Below, in pieces: positions 55,080-64,000 of a DNA stretch of 64,000 bases (its first letter is position 1; each line of letters begins with the position of its first letter). The notes beneath the pieces were generated by a model. That model was not told the origin of the DNA. It did not search any database and saw only the letters and a list, made by a program, of their open reading frames with translations. The position numbers were made by a program, and so were the translations under genes. The stretch comes from Eledone cirrhosa (Eukaryota): contig OZ024740.1 of the NCBI GenBank assembly GCA_964016885.1, positions 193,750,001 through 193,814,000 of the forward strand, read 5' to 3'.

Positions 55080-56410
55080 AAAAGGTAAACAGAAATAACA
55101 ACACAATCGGTACAGTATATGGAAGGGATATATTAGGTTAACATTTGATATAGCTAGAAGAGGGTCATAACGTTTCGGACACTAGTCGTTCATCGGAAGA
55201 AAGACAGAGAAATAAGATGGATTGAGGGGACGGACGGGTTGCAAAACCGTTGGTGCTGGTGTTTTGTGTATGATTATTTTTTTAGAAAAGTAGATGATGG
55301 AGCGCGTCTACCTGAAATGGAAAAAAAAACCGTTTTGTAAAAAGAGCTATACTTGAGCACGTGGGTAAGCATGTGTTTGTGTGTGTGTGGGGGGGGGGGG
55401 ATTATACGTCCGCACGAAGCTAAGAAGAAATGGCTCTATATATGTGAATAAAAGAGTGTGTGGGCATGTAAGTACGAAGCTATGAGCAAAAGTATGTTAA
55501 TATGAGGCTGTGTATGTGTGTATACAGAGCATTGAAAGGAAAAGTGGAGTGAGCATATATAGTCGGCTGCTAATGATCAGGAGAAACGATAGGAATCTAG
55601 GTGTGTGATAATGGACGGGGTATTAGAGAAATTGGAGAGGAGAGTTGAGTCCAAGAGGGGAATATGACCCAAGGCGCTGAATCAGACTTTGTTCAGTCAT
55701 GGTGCGAGAGGCCTGTGATCCATTTTGTAAAAGGACAAGCAGGACTGAAACATCTAGGGAAGAATGACCAGGAGAACAGAAATGACGGGCGACAGGAGAA
55801 TGCAAACCGAGTCGTATATCCCTCAAATGTTCGGCAAAACGCTCCGCCATACGGCATCCCGTTAGTCCGATATATAAAGACCCGCAAAGGGAACACCGGA
55901 GGCCATAGACAACGTGTGTGGATTGCACGTTTCGTAGAGGATTGGCCCAAGGTGACCAGTTGGAGTTATGGATCCGACTCAGGTATCGACCTGCTCTTTA
56001 GACTGGGGATGTGTCAAATGATATATTTTTGTGGTGGTAAGTAGGCTGAGGAGGTATATATATATAGGAATCAGCCCTATCTTTTTGTGTGTGGGCATAT
56101 GTGTATATTTTGGTGTAATATTGGGGGGTGGTGGGGGGCAGAAATCCGGGTATCTATTCACCGATATTCATGTGTGGGCTTGCACGAGCGCGTGAGCAAT
56201 TAAGGGTTCATGTGTATTTGGGCGTGTGGGCGCGTTTTTGGAATGTGCATTGGTCAATTAAAAACTTGATTTGGTGTAAACAGGAGGCAGAGAGTGGCCT
56301 TATGATCAGGGATTTATGGAATGTGTCACGCTTGGACATGCCGGCGATAGCTCAAGGTTTGGGTCAACAAATTAAAAAAGAAGGATTGCCTGGTTGTGGG
56401 CGTGGACAAT
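55080..56410 (-). mobile_element. Penelope-like element 3' fragment with HHR variant
   Basis: GIY-YIG ORF at 55623-55928. CCGATGA ACGACTAGTGTCC GAAACGTT at 55196-55169. The 5' boundary is approximate. Confidence 0.85.
55623..55928 (-). pseudogene. PLE GIY-YIG endonuclease domain remnant
   Basis: STHVVYGLRCSLCGSLYIGLTGCRMAERFAEHLRDI...VARHF...EQSLIQRLGSYSPLGLN. Confidence 0.9.
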
Positions 56411-56436
56411 ATTGATAGGGAGGAATAATGGTTTCT

Positions 56437-56850
56437 TATATAGGCACAAGGCCAGCAATTTGGGTGGAGCGGGAAGTCGATTAAATCGACCCCAGTGCGT
56501 TACTGGTACTTTATTTTACCTACCCCCGAAGGATGAAAGGCAAAGTTAACCTTGGCGGGATTTTAAACTCAGACCGTAAAGGACCGTAACTCTATGCTGC
56601 AAAGCATGGTATCTGTATCTCTACCGATACTGCAAGAAATAATGATTCCTAATATAAGCACAAGACCAGTAATTTGGGGCGAGGCGAAAGTCGATCAAAT
56701 CGAGCCCAGTATGTTACTGGTGCTTTATTTTATAGACCCGTAAGGATGAAAGGCAAAGTTAACCTCGGCGGGATTTGAAGTCACATCATAAAGGGACGTA
56801 ACACTATGCCGCAAAGCATCGTGTTCGACTCTACCGATACTGACAATCCA
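56437..56850 (-). mobile_element. Two tandem SINE copies (longer variant with GTCGATTTAATCGAC hairpin)
   Basis: 56437-56632 and 56648-56850. Confidence 0.85.
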
Positions 56851-57529
56851 TCGTATTACACGAGCTATTTAATTGTAAAAGACTACTTAGAGTTTCTAAC
56901 TCAATATATGATATTCTCGACTCCATACGTAGAGCTAACTTTAGTCCCATAAAACCGGCTGCTATTTTTAGCGGCACGAGTACGAGACGCGCTAGGCGCT
57001 GCAACATGTGCTTTTAAATCAACACATAGTTAAGTCTTCTTAGATCTTTTGAAGTGAAAGATACGAATTTCCTGGATACCCGCAGAAGAGCACAAGAATG
57101 GTGGCACTCACTTAATAATTCTTGCGAAACAGATTTAGATCTGTCTGGGTATCAAACGGCAGTTGCCCGATATAGGTTTGTTATTTTTATTGATTTATTA
57201 CTTTAAATCGAGACAGGCAAACCATATTGTTTTAAATTAGTATGTTTTCAACCTAGCTTTCTTGGTCATTTGCAATTCGAACACATGTATACTTGTATCG
57301 GTGTCATCCCTCTCATATGTTTAATTGTATATAAATATATATACATGTATATACATATATACACATGCACATGCGTCTGTGCATGCCCATATACACGTAT
57401 AAACATATATACATCTGCCTAGATATGCGTGTAGTCGCGGAGGAATGAACACCGGTGCGCACCTCCGCACACACACATGTACATATATAGAGCAGAAGTA
57501 ATAATTGTTAATTCGGGAAAGTCGACTAA

Positions 57530-57910
57530 AATTACTGGTACTTTATTTTATCGACCACGTAAGGATGAAAGGCAAAGCTAACCTCGTTGGGATTTGGACT
57601 CAGAATGCAAGGGCCATAATTCTATGCCGCAAAGCATAGTGTACGATGCTCTACTGATAATGGCAATCCACCGCCCTTATAGCCGAAGTAATAACAACGA
57701 TTTCTAATATAGGCACAAGGCCAGTAATTTGGGGAAGGAGAAAGTCGATTAAATCGACCCCAGTAGGTTAATGGTGCTTTATTTTATCGACAGCGTAAGG
57801 ATTAAACGCAAATTTAACCTCGGCGGAATTTGAACGCAGACCGTAAAAGACCGTAACTCTGTGCTGCAAAACCTGGGGTCCGACACTCTACCGATATTAC
57901 CAATCCACCG
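57530..57910 (-). mobile_element. Two tandem SINE copies
   Basis: 57530-57676 and 57705-57910. Confidence 0.85.
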
Positions 57911-57929
57911 ACAGTAATAAGTAGCAGAT

Positions 57930-58768
57930 GAGTGTTCAGATATATTTCTTTCGCTTGCCTGTTTGTTTGATAGATGTATAGTGTGAATACCTTAGGATCT
58001 GCTCGTCCACGTATCTGTGGGCGCGCTGGTGCAAGCAGTTCATCATAATTTCAGGCCTCGCTCTTATAGCATGTTTTTCAGCTATAAAATTTCCACTGCT
58101 TCCGCAATGCACAACCGGCAGTGTAGGCCTCCTACATGGTGTGTGGGTGATCGTCTTATGGCATCCCATCCGTTCTAAAGGTGATGCTCGGTAGCATCAC
58201 CTTCAGCCACCATACATACCTGCTCGGACAGACAGCCTTGCGATCTTTTTGTGCCGATGTCTGAAGGAGCAGGCATGGTTATAGAAACGGGATTTAAAAT
58301 CGCCGCCGGTCGCATGTATATAATGTTTCTCTTGTTTTCCGCATGAATGGTGACCAATCAGATGTTCCGAAGCGGACACTTCGTACAGCATCTGCAGTTG
58401 CACTTCCGATTCATGGGGGCGCGGGTGTCTGGCTCCTCTGTGGTGCGGGCTGGTGCAAAGTCCGTGGTGCGGTTTAGTTGGTCGTTGTACGTCCAATGTT
58501 TGGAACTGGCATTTTCGCTTGCTAACCGTAGTTGGTTTTTGGGTGCAGAGTCAGGGCTACCGTAGGAGATGAGTTTCCCGAGCTTTTTTCGGTTGATGAC
58601 CATTATCAAGTTCTCAAGGTTTGGTTTTCTGGAGAATGAGAACTTGACCGTGTGCCTGTTCAAGATCTGATGGTATCTAAATGTTGGTGGAAGTACTGGT
58701 CAAGGGCGCTGAAGAATATTCCTGATCTTTCATACGGACATGAGCAGAGTAAAGTGCGTTGAACCAGG

Positions 58769-58770
<2 letters not shown>
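57930..58770 (-). mobile_element. Penelope-like element 3' fragment
   Basis: TWFNALYS..., RYHQILNRHTVKFSFS, KCNCRCCTKCPL, KHYIHATGGDFKSRFYNHACSFRH. Confidence 0.82.
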
Positions 58771-58850
<80 letters not shown>

Positions 58851-59085
58851 GTATGTATTTTTCAAAACGTTAATAAATGAAAAATATTCTCTTAATCAAA
58901 ATATACATTTTATTATACATATGTCAAAGGTACAATGGTGTTTAAGTACGTTTTCATCAGACAAAATATAAGATCTGATATGTGACATACCGCTACAGTT
59001 TTGATTATTCAATTCCAGTCGAATGTTTCTAATCTATTGTAAAATTGTATTCGTTGATTAATCAACGAACCATATTAATCTTTGG

Positions 59086-59127
<42 letters not shown>

Positions 59128-59470
59128 GTGTGTGTGTATGAAAAGGCAAATAATGACTTCTTTGGGGCGGATATTCTTTAATAATTCAAATCTTTAAAGT
59201 AGATCATTATTGATATTAGTTCTAATAAGTCGTTATTGATATTATTTTAATCCTCTCTCTATATACATCATCAACATACCATAATTGACGAGCTTGATAA
59301 TCACCGCGGATTACTAGAATGATACCCAAAAACTTGATAAAGGCTTGCTAGAACTAATGCCAATAACGATTTACTGTAAATATTTGAATTATTAAAACAC
59401 ACAAGCGACCAGTGACCTTATTCTGTTTTTCTCAACACACACACACATACATCTATATATTATATATATG

Positions 59471-59536
<66 letters not shown>

Positions 59537-62500
59537 TATATAAGAAAGAGGGGCTGTGTAGTTGCTGAATAAGGTGTAGTTATAAACAAGAGAAAAGCAA
59601 AAACGGGAGATAATTTTCCTTCATCGGTTGTTTGCTGGGAATCATGGATATTTCTAGGCATTAAAGACAAGAAATCTAGCCCCAATGCGTCAAAGACTAA
59701 AGGAAGTTATTAGGGGAAGAAAGGAGAGAGAGAAAAAATATATAACAGAAGGGAAAGGGAAAGAATAAGGAAAAGACAGCAAAAAAACGGAAAACAACAT
59801 GCCGAAGAGGGAAACTCTTGTAAAATATATTTATTGTGTATCGAACAGTTAATGACTCAGTATCACCAATAGGAGATATGGACCCGACACCACTAGTCAT
59901 TTCTTCTTCAGATAGTGGTATCGAATCCAAAATTCCTATGGGTGATATAGAGCCAATCCTCTGCGAAACGCGCGTAACAGGTTGTTACACAATAAATATC
60001 TTTTACATGTAAACGAAACTTTCTAGCTTCTTTCTAACGTTTTCCTTCCGATATTTGTTGCATTTCTGAAAATGTGTTGAGGTTTGTGGATCCACGTCTA
60101 ACTATGAATGCGTGACCCAATTAATCTCTGCTGATTCAAATAATTGGAAATTTTAATTCTCTTCGGTTATTTTGGCCAATAAAAGAAATGATAGTCTATG
60201 CATCTATTCGTTAAGTAAGAGCTTGTCACTTTCGAAATGGTTCGTTTGTCCACTCCTTATGCATCCTGTTTGTTGTATGTGGTCCAAGATCTGTGTTTTG
60301 GGTTATTTTTTCTTTTCTTTTTTATTTGTAATATTATTTATACAATTTGTAATGTTGTTTATACAAAAATATATTTTTGTACGTTTTCAAAATATAACAT
60401 TTGATTTGAACTGCTTCTAACGTTTTCAATGTTGTTTCAAAAACATTGTTTTAAACTTACTTATATTTTCGATGGTTTATTAAGATATTCCGCGAGTTGA
60501 AAGTTATTAGGTTCCTGATTACCTAATGCCTAATATCTGAAAATTGGCAACGATATATTTGAGTGGCGAGAAACATAGAAATATTTCCCGGCGTTATGAA
60601 TTATGGTATTATTGATTAAAACGAGTTATTCTTAAAATTTATCGACCGTCGAAATGGATGTACGTATCCCCCCTCCACACACACACAGACCTATTAACGG
60701 TATTGCTGGTCCATCTGGTGTCACAGTGTCTGATAAAATAGTCAAATTAAACCATCCGTGCTTAGGATTATATGTCTGACATTTAAATCGTACAACACAG
60801 GGGAATAGGGCCTGTTGGCCACGAAGAAGAGAGCACACCCAGACAGGCACACAGAGAACTGACACTCAGAGAAGAACATTTTGGCATATTTTAACCACCA
60901 CAAAGAAATATTATAGGAGACAACAAGGCGACGATAGAAAGCAGCAACGGTAACATGATAGAAAGAATATGTCTCGACCCTGAACTGCCCAGTTGTGCCT
61001 TGCCATATGACCATCCAAGCCATCCCAAATGTACACAGCGTGATCAGATAGATGAAACCAGTATAGTTGCTGCGTCTTAGAAATGGTTGATTTGAATAGA
61101 ATTGTTATAAATGGGGATTGACTGATAGAAACAACAGTGTATTGCATTATTTACTTATGGAATAATATAGGGTGAATTAAAATCATCCGCAATCCACGTG
61201 CCTATTGATTTTAGATCATCAATAAAATAGTTACTGTTCACGTAGCAAGTACATTCGATTATCGAAACACTTACCAATAGGTTTCTGGTTTTGTATTAAT
61301 ATGAGAAATAATTTACTGTTTATTTTATAAGTGAATTCCCACACTATGAAATATCATAATTAATTAAATATAAATGGAATCTGTCATGATATATAACACC
61401 AATGTTATATCAGCCTTCATAAAACCTAAGATATTTTGAAACTATTTCATATTCAATTATTATCGAATACAAGGGTATCGTGATTTTATGAAACAATTAT
61501 AGACACACAAGTTATGTGTTACGCAATTTATTCTGTCTTCATCAAAAAGTAAATTGTATTGAGAAGAGTTTACTAATATTTTTAAAAGGCTTTGTAGGGA
61601 AGAAAATTCTATATAGTTTCTTGTACGTTGAGGCGTAGAATGTATGATTTATTTTTATATATACCTCAGGAAACAATTCCAAAATAATTCCAAACGTTTG
61701 TCGACAATAATGATTATGATATAGTTTTCTACTGTTTGAAGGCATTTTACTTTTAAATGTTCAACTGCAGCCTGAATTAAATTGAGCAACGTTCTTAATC
61801 TACTTAGCTGGAAAGTATATTTGTCAGGAATTTAAACTTGAGGGAAATAGCCGTGCGTGAGAATCGCATTCAAAACTTTGACATAACTTATTATTACGGA
61901 TTTGTAGCTCTGTTGTAAAACTCACACATAGTCCCAGTAAAAATTCAAATAAACGTCTACATATGGTACATTTAATCAATATTATAATGTCTGATCTTTT
62001 TAACTAGTAAACAATTGTCTTCATCATATTATTGGTGAAATTCAGTCAAATATATGTTTCTAAACATTATGCATATATCATGAGTATATACATAACTGAA
62101 AAAAGTATTTTAACCTTCAATATTAACGATGATAGGAGGATAGATGGTCGGTATGCGTACGTTTAATTGTGATATTCCTAGAGGTGCAAATGGTTATATA
62201 TAAATTTAAGTTAGCCTCTAAAATGTTAAATATGATTATATTTCTAGGTTGATGTTACATATGAGTTCATTAAACGTACTGATTAATTTTCTTCCCGAAT
62301 TTGTTTTTTGCATTATATATATATACAAGCAAGAGATTATTAACCGCTTCAAAGATAAAGTAGAATGTGTTACTTTATTAGAACCGAGGAAGTTTGTTCT
62401 CCATCGTAGTGCTCGGATCTCTGTTGCAATTCTGGTTCATCATGTGCTGGCATGATTAGACGGTTTGTATTTGTTAGTTTTTGTACTTAGTCTCAGATCC

Positions 62501-63859
62501 ACCATAGGACCTATAAACTAGTTAGGTTTACTGATTGTAAATGTATGCATGTCTATATTGTCTTCCGTATCATTTCACTATGTAAAACGATATGATGTTT
62601 CAACTGTAATTGTCATTTGTGTGGTGGGGTGGGGTAGGGTACATAGGTTTATTAGGGATTACAAATAAAACGTTTTGGACCGAAATACATCAATATAAAT
62701 TTGGTATATTCTCATTTATGAATATATCAACGTTATACAATAACAAATCAATTAATAATTGTTTAGCTCTAGCTTCAATGGAAAGAATTCTTTTGATTTG
62801 CCTTCGGAGACCTTGGTAATATAATTGCTATCAAAATTAGTTTCACGCGTCTCATTATTTTCAAGCCTGAAGAATAACAAATTTTGCCAAAAGGAAATTT
62901 TATATACATTTATAAATGAATAATAATATATGAACAAAGCTTCATAAATAAATAAATGATTATATAGTTTCTTTATTGAGAAACCATCCGATGAGGTTTT
63001 GTACTAAAGACAAAATAATGGTTATAAAATATGAGTTACTCTATTATTCGCAAAGAATAGTATTGCTCTGACTTAGCAACCACACACATACACCCCTCCA
63101 CACACACATATACATATATACTTATATAGAGCGTGAAACTAATAAACCTTTGTTCGTACTGCCTCTCTGTTTTGTTCCCGTTCAATTTTTTACTATATAT
63201 ATATAGATGTAGGTGTGTATGTATATATGTATATGTGTGTTGGTGTGTGTGGCGCTGAAATACATATAAGACAAGTCAATGTTCATTGAAAACCTATAGT
63301 TCTTTGCGTTAACTTTGTTTTGACGTGGTTATCCCAACTTAGATTGTGCTAAAAGAAACTTTTAATGAAAACGATCTTACCCTTTTCTTTTAAGATTAAT
63401 TCACTATTGAAATGTTTTATCTTAACATGAATAGTTATTCATTTAATTGTGGTGAATATAGTCTTTCTTTGGAACCAGAAACAACTATTGTTGGAGTATT
63501 CATTAGAACTATATTTGTTAATATATTATAAGAAATATCTTATAGTTCTAAATGATGATATGTTCTATATGCGTTTGTGAAAGATATTAAAATTGTTGCA
63601 TCAATAACAATATCTATGTGGGTACCCTTGCTGGGTGTCTTAGCGCCTATTTTGCATTTAGTGGTTATTGGCTAAGTACATATCTTTATATTTACAATGT
63701 ATATATATATATATTTGAAAGAGTTTAACAATATTCAATGAGTACATCAAAGAATGAGTTTTACAGTAGATTGAAAGCATTCTACAGGGGATATTTTCCA
63801 GAGTTATTAATATTAAATTCAAATATTAATAAAATAGATGTTCTTGTGCTCAATTAAAT

Positions 63860-63925
63860 TTTATTATACATATTTCAGAGGTACTTGAATCAAGTTCAAT
63901 AGTACGTGCTCGTCAGATAAAATAA
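63860..63925 (-). ncRNA. Hammerhead-like motif
   Basis: Minus strand TTTTAT CTGACGA GCAC GTAC TA TTGAA-CTTGA-TTCAA GTAC CTCT GAAATATGTATAATAAAA. Confidence 0.55.
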
Positions 63926-64000
63926 AATGATACATGACATACCCTGACATGTTAAATGGTTAAGATTTAATCAATGTAGTGATTAACTTGTGAGGAAACT

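Overview
AT-rich, microsatellite-saturated eukaryotic DNA. The SINE, LINE and (TA)n content resembles a coleoid cephalopod (octopod) genome; this is an inference. I could not support any intact host protein-coding gene, and nearly all listed ORFs are (TA/CA)n artefacts. The window holds about 11 decayed Penelope-like retroelement (PLE) fragments (RT and/or GIY-YIG endonuclease), a 3-kb CR1-type LINE, RTE and REL-type LINE fragments, an internally deleted mariner and about 15 copies of a tRNA-derived SINE. The most striking signal is RNA structure: more than 15 hammerhead-ribozyme (HHR) motifs. (1) A non-coding repeat family with a ~454-bp unit occurs as five copies, including a tandem dimer at 51940-52790. 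Each unit carries one type I HHR with a bulged stem I and an octamer (ATGCAAAT) at a fixed 88 bp upstream, i.e. a candidate retrozyme / satellite-2-like self-cleaving, possibly circular-RNA, mobile element. (2) Several small palindromic elements consist of two head-to-head HHRs. (3) Several PLE 3' ends carry HHRs. Many PLEs are bracketed by inverted duplications of 0.1-2 kb. Coordinates were read by eye and repeat boundaries are approximate. No folding or database searches were run.
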